This document shows positions 25,401-36,276 of a DNA stretch of 64,000 nt, one piece after another. The stretch is from assembly GCA_965178125.1 (NCBI GenBank), contig OZ237766.1, positions 558,001 through 622,000 on the forward strand. Reading direction: 5' to 3'. The position numbers were made by a program, and so were the translations under genes. The stretch comes from Bilabrum cf. latius (Eukaryota). Each line of letters starts with the position of its first letter. Positions within the stretch are counted from its first letter, which is position 1. The notes beneath the pieces are model-generated. The model saw nothing but the letters and a program-made list of their open reading frames with translations, was not told the origin of the DNA and did no database searches.

Positions 25401-28400
25401 GGAAACATGTTCATGACATGCATGCTGCCACCCGAAGCAGCGTAGTGCCTAAGAAGGCTCTCGGGCGACTCTGACACTTCTTTAGGCATATGCCCTGACG
25501 GAATCATGAACGGGGCCCAAGAGCATGTTGAGTCTGCTAGACAAGCTATCAGAAAGCTGCACAAGGCCGCATTCGATGCTGAGAGTGGTCACACATGCCC
25601 AGTACTCAATGACTTTAAACAAAGCTTTCGCCTGATGGAGCGTCCCGACGATCCTGCGCGCGTGCGAACCCACCTGAAGTAGGCCCTTCACAAATATGGC
25701 TTAGGTTTGAGGCATGCACGCCACCTGCTAGAAGGTGAACTTGATGATAAGACGCGACAGGCCATCGAATTTGCGTTACTGTACGGCGGCCAAAGTAGCA
25801 AGGATCGGGCCAGAGATTTAGCCGCAAGGATAGAACATTCCTAGATTGGGCCGTAGCTGTCACGCGCAGTGGCCTGTGAGGCTGTAGCTTATGCTTCTAA
25901 AGGTGTGCTCGTGCAGCATCGTGCTGATTTGGCGGGACGAAGTCAAAGTGTCATCCTATCGCGCAAGGTCATGAGCGAGTGTGATGCTACTGAGTAGGCA
26001 GCTGACCTTGGGTTGCACACGAAGTCCCCTGCCACTGCCACCCGTGAGCTGGTTCAAGAGCTTAGCCACCTACAACACGTAGGCGGAGCTAGTGAATGTG
26101 ATATTTTGCAATCTTTGGCCGAGTTTGCTTCGCTGTCCTCTGGTCTTGAGCGAGTTCATCTTTTGAGTTTGGTCCGGCGGTACAGCGCAAAGTCGGACGA
26201 TGCAGATGCTTTTGTTCAGTGCTCTGTGCAACTGGCTGCCTACCTCCAGCACCGCCATCCTAGGGAGGCTCATGCTGTTTACAGGCGCATTAATGAGAAA
26301 AAGGAGCACACGTGCTTGGAGTCATGCATTGGCGAGTCAGCGCTATTGCTGCGTGCAGGACGCCAAGAAGAGGCCTTGCAAATCATGACAAGATTTCGGA
26401 GCACGTACCCAGATCCTCCTCTAGAGTTCCAACGCCAGCTGGGCGAGTGCTACCTCGCAAACAGCAACACAAAAGATTCCAAAGAAGTTTACGATGGAGC
26501 TTTGAAATAGCTCAAGGAGTCAAAGGGCAAGAGGTGTGTTGACTGTCCGGAGTATGCCGATCTCATGGTTGCTGTGTCGCAGTTCTCGCTGAAAGAGGTC
26601 GACAGTCAGGACTACAAGACGGCATTGGGACAGTTAAATGAGTGTAGAAACATCTACAGGAGGTGCTACGGTTCCAAGTCCCCTGTAGTTGCTACAAAGT
26701 AGTACATGATTGCAAAGTGTCTGCAGTCTTGGAAAAGCTACACCGAAGCTCTCGATCAGTTCAAAAAGTGTCTGTCAATCCGGCAAGAGGTGCTTGGTGC
26801 AGGCCATCCGGACTATACACGTACGCAGGAGCGTATTGCAGAGGTCTACGCTTCGCGTGACCAGGTAACGGAGGCAATGCGTAAGTACACTGCGTGCATG
26901 GAGCACCGCAAGCGCAGTGTTGGTTCACATGACGATTGGTACAAACAATTGGTACGCAAAGCGGCGGGCATGCTTCGGAGGCACCTGCAGGGCAACTCAG
27001 ACGTACCATCAAAGTCAGAACCGAGCAGGCAGTTGAACGAGCTTGAAAAAATATCGGTTGGTATCGAGCAGGATGAAGCTGTGCAGAAGACTCTATTGGA
27101 GATCATCGGTGATGGCGTGTGGACTCCGCTGGAGATTGCTCGAGCCTTCATGGATCGCGATTATGTATAGGCTAGCATGTGTAGAATCGGTAGCCTGCGT
27201 GCACACCTGGATGCAATGGTTTGTCATGGCACGCTGATCGAATTGCTAGGCGATGCTACTTCCCGGTGGCGTCCCACTGGAAACACTCCACATTCAGAAC
27301 CGCTGCTGTGTGCCAGCCGGGAGCCGACTCAGCCCAGGACACCCCAACACGAGATCATTCGTCGGCTTATGAAGCATTTGTTTCAGTCTGACCAAATGAC
27401 GCTGCCTGAGCTTCAATCAACGTTTGTTGAGCGCCTTGGCTGTTCAATGCATGATGCAGTTCGGCAAGCAGCCGGCATGACGGCCAAATAGCTGGTGAGC
27501 GACATGGTGTGTGCGGGTGAGCTCCGAGATGAGTAGGCTAGGTTGACTGGAGACGGCTATGATGATCAAAGAGAGATCGAAGCATTTGGATAGCACTGTT
27601 CAGTAGTTTCCTCCATCCCAATGTCAATATGGTGTCGTAGTAGTGCAGAGCACGGATGGTTTTTGGATGCACTGCGTGCAATTCTCTGCTTCGATGGGAC
27701 CAGGGTAGGTCCTGCCGACATTGTGAACGAAATGACAGGTCCAGGCTCTCACGTATTAGAGGCTATCATTTGTCAGATTCATGAGTTGAAGGGTCGAGCA
27801 GCACTTCCCTACTTAGAGTTACTCTAGGGTATGCTCGAAAGCGAACCTAGAGTGGGACAGAGGCTAGTTGAGCAGCGCACAAATGCTGTCTCGATGCTTG
27901 CACAGCTGCTAGGTATGTACAGGCAAGACAGCCGTGAGGCAGCGCATGCGGTCTGCAAGATTTTCTGTCATTTGTGTGAGCTCTCCGCATACGGCAATGA
28001 CGCCCCCCGACGGCAGGCACGGAATAGGAATGAATCAGTACCCGTGTTCTCGGTGGAGACCAGTGCTGCTGGCTCCAAATTCATATTGCAACAGTGGAGG
28101 CAGTCAACCCGTCAATGCATTCTCCAGTTTGCCAGGCGCCGGGCTAGCATGCGATTTCCGGACGGTGGGGCGGTCAGAACAGCCGAGCAACAGAAGGACT
28201 ATGAAACTAGCCCTATGCTGACACCTCTCAAGCAGAGTGTGCGTGATCTTTTGAATGCGGCAGAGCCGAACGTATCAGCTGACGGTCTAGCACAAGAATA
28301 CCGAAAGAAGTACGGTCAAGATTTGGCCCCAATCGTGGACGTTGTCGCACGAATAGATCTGGACAAGTTCCTGTAGGACCTGCGCAATGAAAGGTGAAGC

Positions 28401-28510
28401 AGAGGTGCAAACAGAGGTCCTGATTCGCATGCAGGTGTCTCGTAGTCCGATCCCTTCTTTTATGAGAGGCAGCCGGATAAGGCTGGGCAGGGTAATAGCC
28501 CGTAGCCTCC
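22429..28510 (+). repeat. Inverted segmental duplication, left arm (partner 40463-46551)
   Basis: ORF translations recur reverse-complemented and near-identical, e.g. 24075..24542(+) = 44434..44901(-). Confidence 0.95.
22968..28397 (+). CDS. Clu-domain + TPR + wHTH-like protein, 1809 aa (short paralog, no ARM array)
   Basis: Eight track ORFs (23505...27831) are in one frame separated by TAG. Clu-like motifs: FLKFAFDHKGIYGSTRMAAKAAKRE, TLRVGSAD, PFDVEVH..LDTHR, LHKYGLGLRH. TPR: ALDQFKKCLSIRQEVLGAGHPD. TGA at 28395, although homology to the paralog continues to about 28510. Confidence 0.8.
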
Positions 28511-29452
28511 ATGGGCATGTGAGCGAGTGAATGAGCATACAAGCAATCAAAGCGATTTTGAATTTGATATGACTTGGTAAGTATGCACGTGATGGCACCG
28601 GGGGATATCCGGTCAGACCTGTCGAAGACTGGTGTCCAAAATCGAATTAGGACATGCGACGCTGATATGCCCCATTAGGACACAATCCGGCGTCCAATTC
28701 TTTTATCCGTGAATGTTTGCCGTACAGTTCTCAAAATTCCCCAAAAAATGAAACTTCCCAAGATCTACGCGAAATTGGCCTCTAGATGTGAGCACACGAA
28801 AATCCAGATGGGGCACTAGACTACCTCGGGGAACCGCGGACCTTTCTCGACGCAATGTTCCGTACAGATGCCATTATTAAAACGAAAAGCTGCCGAAATA
28901 AAAGCAAAGTAGTGCAAAGTAGACAAGTTTAGGAGAACAACCGGCTTCCGTGGGGTTCAATCCGATGAGATCACACGTTGTGCGCAGCACCCTTATTTTG
29001 CAGAAAGTCACACATGGTTGCAGTCGATTTCCTCCGAAAGCCCATTATTAAAGTTACCGAAAAAAAAAAAACTGGCGAGACGCTCTTCGGCGCCCGAACA
29101 GCACGCGGCTTGATTGCCGCTCAAGTCTAACTGTGACCTCTCAACTTCCACATCCGCGTATGGTCGGGTGATCCGATCCCTTGATCCGAGTCACTCGTCA
29201 CACATATGCCTAATCCCCCACCTGCCCGGCCTGTGCCTCCCCCTTACCATTCGCCGTATCAACCCGATGATCCCACCAATCATCTTGTACTCCGCTACTT
29301 TCACACCCTGACTCAGCCTCCCCTTCGGTGTACCGTCGCCCCCTCTCCCTCTGCTCCGTCCTCACCTCACCCGCTCCCCCGCTCCCTCTCCTCGCTTACC
29401 CCTCGTTGCCGCCGCTCCTGCACCTCCTCCTCACTAGCCGCTCTATCTCGGT

Positions 29453-29622
29453 CAGCTGCAAACTCAATATTGCACTCAGTGTATGTTACGTTGTGCTGCA
29501 GGCGTCTCTATTTATGCGCTGGTTGGTGCGCGTGCTCCCAACAAGGTGCCACGATTCCAGCGCTTCATCCTCACGGTCCGATCAAACCGGAACTCTCCGC
29601 GCGCTCCGACTCCCAATTTGAA
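29453..29622 (-). repeat. Terminal direct repeat of YR element (3' copy)
   Basis: CAGCTGCAAACTCAA...GCGCGCTCCGACTCCCAATTTGA recurs at 34263-34444. Confidence 0.9.
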
Positions 29623-29656
29623 ACAGACCGTACAGATGTGATGGATCTGTGTCAAA

Positions 29657-31032
29657 CTAATCTTTTCTACCCTGCCGGGTACAGTTGCTGAGAAAGACGG
29701 CGACAGTGATGGTGTGGGCTGGCCCTCCGCCAGCACCACCACAGGGCGGCCGCCCCCGGCCCGCCCCCACCACTTTGATATGTAGTCGATCGTGTGTACT
29801 GTTTGATCGGGGTGATGCCAGTCTGACCCAGGAGCTCGTGGCCGCCTTGTCGGCGTCGCGGAACGCGCGGGCGACGCCGGCGACACGTGTGACGAGGTCT
29901 TTACCGATGTAGTAGATGGCGGTCTCGAGCTGCTTCCAATCTGCCTGTTCGCACAGGTCTTCCACGGTCATGCCGCCTACGGCGGCTGCTGTGCTGCCCG
30001 AGCGCCTGCACGTGTGCGTTGTGACGCGCTTCTCCGCCTCGGTCAGGTTGGGGCAGTGCTCCTCCATCATTCTCCGGATCCGTCGTGGCCATCCACGTCT
30101 TTGGGTGCCACCTCACAGTTTTTGTCCTGCCCTTGGGGTTGATGAATCTGATCGAATTCTTGGCATTAGGATCAATGCCTTTGCTGAGGAGGGCGGTCTC
30201 GCGCATGGGCTTAGCACGGGCTACAATTTCTTGAGCCGCAGAGGGGCTCCTGGGCCCATTGGGACTAGTGCCGGTTCTGGGGTTGATCGTGCTGCTGCCG
30301 TTTTCCTTGGGGCGTAGATTGCCGTGTAGCTAGTGGACTTGCTGTGCACCTCCGTGACTTCGCTCAGCGTCCGGTTGAAGATCTCGTTTCCGCGGCACAT
30401 GCTTATCACTGCGACGATAAGTGACTCAATCGCCAGCACCTGCTGCGGGTCGTTGCTTTTGGGCGCTCCGTCAACCAGCTCGCGCAGTCGTGTCATTGTG
30501 AGGATCACTGCGCGTTTCTTCCGGTCCCCCCGAGCGTGTAGGATCTTGTCTCGTGCCGTGGCCATTGCGTTGGCGGTGCGCCGTATCTGTTTCGGGACGT
30601 CGATTCTGTGCGTGAGTTCCATCCACGAGCGTACGAAGCCGGAGACGCGTCGTAAGGCGCCGACCCCAGTGCATCTGCCGCCATGCGCAACTGCATGTGC
30701 GCCAGAATCCATTCGGGTGTCCGCTCCTGCCCCTCGACTGAGATGCCTGCCTCCCTTGCCGCCACAGCGCACATGTCTTGGAACAGTTCGATCTCGCGTG
30801 CATAGCGTTTGGCGTAGTTGGCCGGCTTTTGGGCCGCCAACTATCGCGCTCGACGGGCTGCTTCAGCGATAACTGACGTTTTGCTTGCCGTACAAATCCT
30901 ACGTTGTGGTGGCACTAGTTCAGAAATTCTGGTCCGTTTTTCCTCGGGCGCGTTTGCTGCCTTTGCCCGCTCGAGCTGACGTTTTCTGGCCTAGAAAGTT
31001 CCGAAAGCCGCTTTCATTGCTGCTACCGCCAT
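29657..31032 (-). pseudogene. Tyrosine recombinase (frameshifted)
   Basis: Catalytic pattern MCRGNE ... HTCRRSG ... ADW ... AIYYI is spread over ORFs 30505, 30221, 29901 and 29657, with about three frameshifts. Confidence 0.8.
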
Positions 31033-31099
31033 GCTTGGCGTATGCTAACGCGGCTGCGAGTGGCGGGAATGTACCTGTCTTGTTGCACGCTGGCGCTCG

Positions 31100-32577
31100 C
31101 TACAGGTAAGCGATAGTCGGCCTGATGCCGAGGCGATGCCAAGACTCGTGGGCCGCTTGAATATTATCCTTTCCTAGGGCGTCGTTTGCTGCAACGCTAG
31201 GGTGCTCACGGTGGTTGTGAGGGTGCTCACGGTGGTTGTGAGCGGGCTACAAAGTTACGTTGCGTCGGTCCAACTCGTCTGCCAGTTTGGTGAGGAGTGC
31301 CTGTGAGGACGCTGATGAAGCTCGGAAGGTTACCAGCTATACGAGGGTGCCAGAGTTGTCAACTATCCACTGCACCGTACAGTGAGTTACGTTCGGGGTT
31401 TTGCTCGCGGCTCGGGCACGTGGACCATAGGTCCTCTTTTGCCTCTCTACTGCCATGCTTTTCCCCGCACCACGAAGCTGCTGGGCTACCCGGGGGGTGT
31501 CGGCGACGCCGAGATCGTGATGTGGCCGGCGTGGTGTTGCTTATTGAGTTCATCCTCCACGGTGGGGTCGAGTGGGGTTTGAGTGTTGTGTCTGATGCCC
31601 GAGTCCGTCGGCGGTCGGGACGTAGTCCACCAGTGGAACAGGGCGCCCTCTTTCACGTCGCAAGGCTGCAGGGCCTAGCACGTGGAACAGTAGGCCATGT
31701 GCAGTGCGAGCAAGCCGTCATGGATGTATCTGGGCACGTTGGAACCCTCCCCTGCGGCATCATCCTCGTCGGTGTCAGCTGATACCTCGCCGCGTGATTG
31801 AAGTAGCATGTCCGTTGTAACGGTCCCCGAAGCGCCAAACCTAGCCGCCACCGATCCGCCCTCCATTCGTGATGAAAGGGTCAGAGTCGGAGCAACCGGG
31901 AGAGGGGCAGACGAGCCACCTGGGTCATACAGCAACAATCTATCACGACGAGCCGGCACAGATGACTGTTGTCGATCTGCCCTCTCGGCTACGGCTGCTA
32001 CCACTCTGTCAACAGAGAGCGGGGACGTTACCTCTCGCTACCCCTCTGCCCGGTGGGCCGCGCTCGGAACTGAGCTGACAAACGATGATGATGAGACATG
32101 GGGAAGAATCCTCCTTCGTGCCTGGTACAAGCGAGAGCTGGACGTGTCGGCTCGGTGGTTGCTGGCCGCGTCGCGCTGCTACAGCATGAGCCGAGCTAGC
32201 TCGTTGGCCGTACACGCCCGTGGGTGCCTGTCGCGGTCACTAGTCTGGGCCAGCATTAGCCGTAAGGCCCGTCGGTGCCATGCACTTGCGGCTGCCGGTG
32301 TCGCTGCTGCCGCTGCTGCCTCCCAGCAAGCCTGCACAGTTGGTGCCGTGCGTGGCAGTGTACGGCGGTCGCGTAGCCTGGGCTTGAAAACTTGGAGAAG
32401 GGGAAGAGACTCGTGGAACGCGGGGCCGTCGTCGGGGGCCGCAAGCCATAGGAGGAGAAAGCGTTGGACAGCGGATTGGATGGCAGATGTAAGACTTCTA
32501 TATCCTGCGTTAACACACTCATTCCAATCAACACCTGCCCGCATCAGGCCGTCTCTCATCCTCGCCTCTTCCCCCAC
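31100..32577 (-). pseudogene. RT N-terminus fused to RNase H C-terminus (RT core deleted at about 31390)
   Basis: TAG read-through gives VEDELNKQHHAGHI...PSSFVV...KPRT, then directly HCTVQWIVDNSGTLV...LLTKLADELDRRNVTLQPAH...ANDALGK, a DIRS-type RNase H pattern. A 21-bp tandem duplication lies at 31201-31242. Confidence 0.6.
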
Positions 32578-32676
32578 CTGTCAAGAATCTTCGGTCCTGT
32601 GGCGCTTGGGGTCCTGCTCGCCCTCGTGCTGCACGGTGGTGTCGTTGGTGGGGTCTTCGTCGTCTCGGTTACGCTT

Positions 32677-33999
32677 TTAACCGGCATGCTGCTTGTGGTG
32701 CCCTTGAGGTGCACCTCCTTGTCCACCCCCACGTCCGCGTCCACGTCCACGTCCACGTCCACGTCCACGTCCACGTTCACGTTCACGTCCGCGGCCACGC
32801 CCGCCAGCGCCGCCGCGTCCATCACCGTCTTGCCCTCTGCCGCGGCCGCGGCCGCGGCCGCTTGGATTGACGCACTGCCACCAGTGCCGGGGTGAGTGTG
32901 GTAGCGGGCGGCCATGGCCGGGTCGGGTTGTGTGGCGCCTGCGCCCGAGCTGGCCGCGATGGCTTGGTACTCGTTTGAGCTGGCGATGGTGCCTGGCTTC
33001 AGTGCATGGAGCACTGCCAGGAGTAGGGTTGGTGGCCATACGTCCTGCTTGAAGTTCTGCCGCTCAGCGCCGGTGGCCGGCTGGCTCACTTGCGAGCGCG
33101 TGAGGCATGCCCATCTGTCGGCTGCGTCAGCTTGGATCAGGTCGGGCCACATCCCGACTCGCATGATGAGGATGGCTTCGAAAGCCAGCGCCGCACGGTA
33201 CGTCTTGTTGCCGAAGTCGATGGCTCGCGTCGCTCTTTCCTCCCAAGCGTCGAATAACTGCTTGAGATTGAGCATGAACAGCTCTGTGATGAGTGCGTTG
33301 TCCACCAGAATACCGCCTGCCTTGCCCACAGTGCGCATGTCGTCCAGAACTAGGGCACGGTCGGAGGCGTAGTCTCCGTACGCGCGTGCCAAGGGAGCGT
33401 CTAGTTGTTGGAGGTGGTGCTCGGACAAGTGCCCCACAGATTCTACCAACTTGCGGCAGCCCTGGTGCAAGTTCTGCAGGTGCTTGAGGTTTGCAGTCTA
33501 CGCCGGCTGCGGGTCCTGCGGCGGCTCCCGCATCCTGTGCCTCCGCTAATGCGCCCCCCTCTGCGTCGCCCACAGCAGCGCCCTCTAGTGCGTCCTCAGC
33601 TGGCGGTGGGCCCCGGATGTCCCATCCGTTGGCACATGCCACCTTGACCGCGAGGGTTAGCTCGGCTTGCGTCTTTCGAGTATGAAGATGGAGGAATGCT
33701 GCTAGCTGGATAAGCGAGTATACCAGGGCTGCGCCTTGGTGTTCGCCACTTCGCATGTAGTGCCGCAGTCTTTGGATGATCACCGGCGGCGCGCCAGGGC
33801 CGAGCTCAGTGAGTTTCGGCAAGTCGTCGAGCATTTTGGCAACATCCTCGGAACTGGGGTTTGTCTTAATCGTACCATATAGCGCCAGCACGTACGCAAC
33901 ACTGAACAGGATTATAAAGAGCCGGCGCCGCGCTCTTGACTTCTCGGGTTCGTTTGGGGCATAGGACAGCTCATTCTCGGCCAGAAACCATATCACCAA
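32677..33999 (-). pseudogene. Gag-like ORF1 of YR element, ending in an (RG)n tract (frameshifted)
   Basis: Three overlapping ORFs (33127..33999, 32556..33470, 32677..33039) occupy the ORF1 position. Assignment is by position only. Confidence 0.5.
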
Positions 34000-34262
34000 A
34001 TCATTTGCAGGCTTGAGAACGGACTAGTGGTCCTGATTGTCCGTGCAGGCCGCGACCACCCCTTTGCCAAGGTAATGTGGGCCGACCTTTTCGTGTAGGA
34101 AGGCGATGGGAACGTCAGGGGCCTTAAACAGTGCAACCTGGAGTGCTGGCTCCGCCAAATATTCCTTGATACCATCCAAAGGTTGATGGGCCTTTGCATT
34201 GTTGCGAAACGCCGCGAGGTTGTGTGCGGCTGCCGCGACGGAGTACGAGCTTTCTGCACACT

Positions 34263-34444
34263 CAGCTGCAAACTCAACTTTCGTTGTACGCCTCTTGCAC
34301 TCAGTGTATGTTGCGTTGTGCTGTAGGCGTCTCTATTTATGCGCTGGTTGGTGCGCGTGCCGAACAAGGTGCCAAGATTCCAGCGCCACATCTCCACGGT
34401 CCGATAAAACCGGAACTCTCCGCGCGCTCCGACTCCCAATTTGA
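34263..34444 (-). repeat. Terminal direct repeat of YR element (5' copy)
   Basis: Matches 29453-29622 with an internal indel. Confidence 0.9.
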
Positions 34445-34781
34445 TATTCCTCTTCAGCAGCGAAGTTACGGCCTCACTCCCGGGTAGCACACTCCAGTGG
34501 ATGAAGGCACACTTCAACGCCAGCCTGTCTTTCATGGCCGGGACAACGACGACTGGATCGGAGGTAGCACCCCTGTGCATCCCATGGTGGCTCAGCTCCC
34601 TCTAGTGGCCACCAGCTGAGTGTGTGTTGGGAAAAGTGTCGGCAGTCCACGGAGTACACATCCCTATGCTGACAGTGGGTACCGCCAAGGCAACACTATA
34701 CCTCGCCCGACCATTAGTCACCCAGCGGATACATACGCCCGCCTATGTCCTCATGGGAATGCAGACAACATCAGTTTAGTC

Positions 34782-35849
34782 ATGTAGATGACCTTAGGGC
34801 TGGTCAACGCTCGAACGATGCCCCGGATATTACTGAGCAAACCCTCGGCTATGTGCATTGTCCAAGACTCGACTGCTCTGAAGTATGCAAGACACGGACT
34901 TGGCCTCGACCTCCCGCACGAACCAGTGGCCCTGACACGCGACGACGCGGCGCCGGTCCCAGCGTCAAGTACAGAACTTTGGGCACCGACTACAGGGTAG
35001 CAGAAGAGGCTGCAATAGGCGGAATACACCTTGGCGAGCGCTGGCCAGCACCCATCTGACAAGGACATGAAGTCTGCAGTGGAGACGATGGCCGAGCTCA
35101 ACGGGGGCCCCATCCCGTCTGGAGAGGCCCTCCTGGATTGGCAGAGCTCCGGAGACCATGTCATCGGATCGTATAGGCTTCCACCTAAATAGTGTCATAC
35201 GCTTGCTATTCAGGTCGTCATTGCTGTTCCCCTCTCAATGCGGCAGGCATACCGTCTGTAGGACTCGGATAATTGCATCGTCTCGGCAAATAGGTGCACC
35301 ACCATCGGAAGGATGCTGGCAGCAGTGGCCCGTATTGCCACGGCGGATGAATACGAACACACATGGTGCAGAACAATGGTGGCCAGACCAGACATGGGTG
35401 TATACAGCCTTCTGTACAGCATGAGAAGGGCCATCGACGGTCCTGAGCTAGCTTCCCTCCCGAGTCCTCCTGCTCAGCATAAACCACGCCGCTCCGATCA
35501 TCACGATGAAGACCCCGCCGACGGCCATGGCCAGCGAACAGTAGAATTCTGGGGCAGCCCTTCAAAAGATCAACGTGCAGCCATGGCCAAGTCGATCAAC
35601 GCAGGATCATTCGACAAGATTGCCGGACGGGAACTTCCACGAGTGGCGTACGACATGTTTCCCTCGGAGAGCCTCTTCAAGAGCCTTTGCGAGGGCAGCG
35701 AGTCCGAACTCGTGGACGAGCACGACCGAGAACTATACAGAAGGTGCAAGAACGGCATACTGGATGTGCCAGCTTTCTCCGCTGAGCTTTCTCCTCCGAC
35801 CGCCGAGGTCGACCGGAGACAGCGGCGATCGGCAACCGCGACTACCTGA
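34782..35849 (+). CDS. Hypothetical protein (possibly 5'-truncated)
   Basis: ORFs 34788..35000 and 35313..35849 share a frame joined only by TAGs and end at TGA. No motif recognised. Confidence 0.5.
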
Positions 35850-35999
35850 ATCAGATCCCAAGTCTTACCGCTATACCTCTGATACTGCAATTGCACGCAC
35901 CACTCTCCTTTGGCACGTCGACTGGCCTAGTAGCTGCATGGCTTCCGGTCCCCATCCCCACCACCCGTTAAGGTCCGTGTGCGCGCACTTTGCACCATA

Positions 36000-36245
36000 A
36001 CCTTGGCCCTATCCTTTCAGCTTGCACGTACAGGTCCTGGCCGACCTGCCGTCTATCCCCCCGCCTTTTGACCTACTATGCGGACTGCTGGCCATGCAGC
36101 CCACTACCACTGGCGTCACCCGTGTGCCTGCACATGGAGCACCCCTTCTTTACGTTGTGCTCTCCGGTTGACACCACACTATCGTCAGATCTGCCGGTGC
36201 CCCCCTCTTTTTCCTCTCAAGCTTCTCTCCGCCCATACCCGACTC
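36000..36245 (-). repeat. Diverged dispersed repeat of about 240 bp (partner 63257-63480)
   Basis: Shared blocks such as CAGGTCCTGGCC(G/A)ACCTGCC and CTGGCCATGCAGCCC, in inverted orientation. Confidence 0.7.
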
Positions 36246-36276
36246 ATCGTCCGGCTCACCTCTGCTCCCCGTCGTT

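Larger units (their letters stand above)
29453..34444 (-). mobile_element. DIRS/Ngaro-type tyrosine-recombinase retrotransposon, internally deleted and degenerate
   Basis: About 170-bp direct repeats at both ends. Gene order is gag-like ORF1, RT/RNase H remnant, tyrosine recombinase. Confidence 0.8.

Noticed and set aside
28905-28970. tRNA or SINE (A-box-like and GTTCAATCC B-box-like motifs)
   Set aside because: No cloverleaf pairing could be built. No tRNA, including a CUA-anticodon tRNA, was seen in this window.
28510-36000. Endogenous virophage or Polinton between the large inverted repeats
   Set aside because: No pPolB, integrase, capsid, packaging ATPase or protease motifs were seen. 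The inverted arms are duplicated host-type genes, not terminal inverted repeats.
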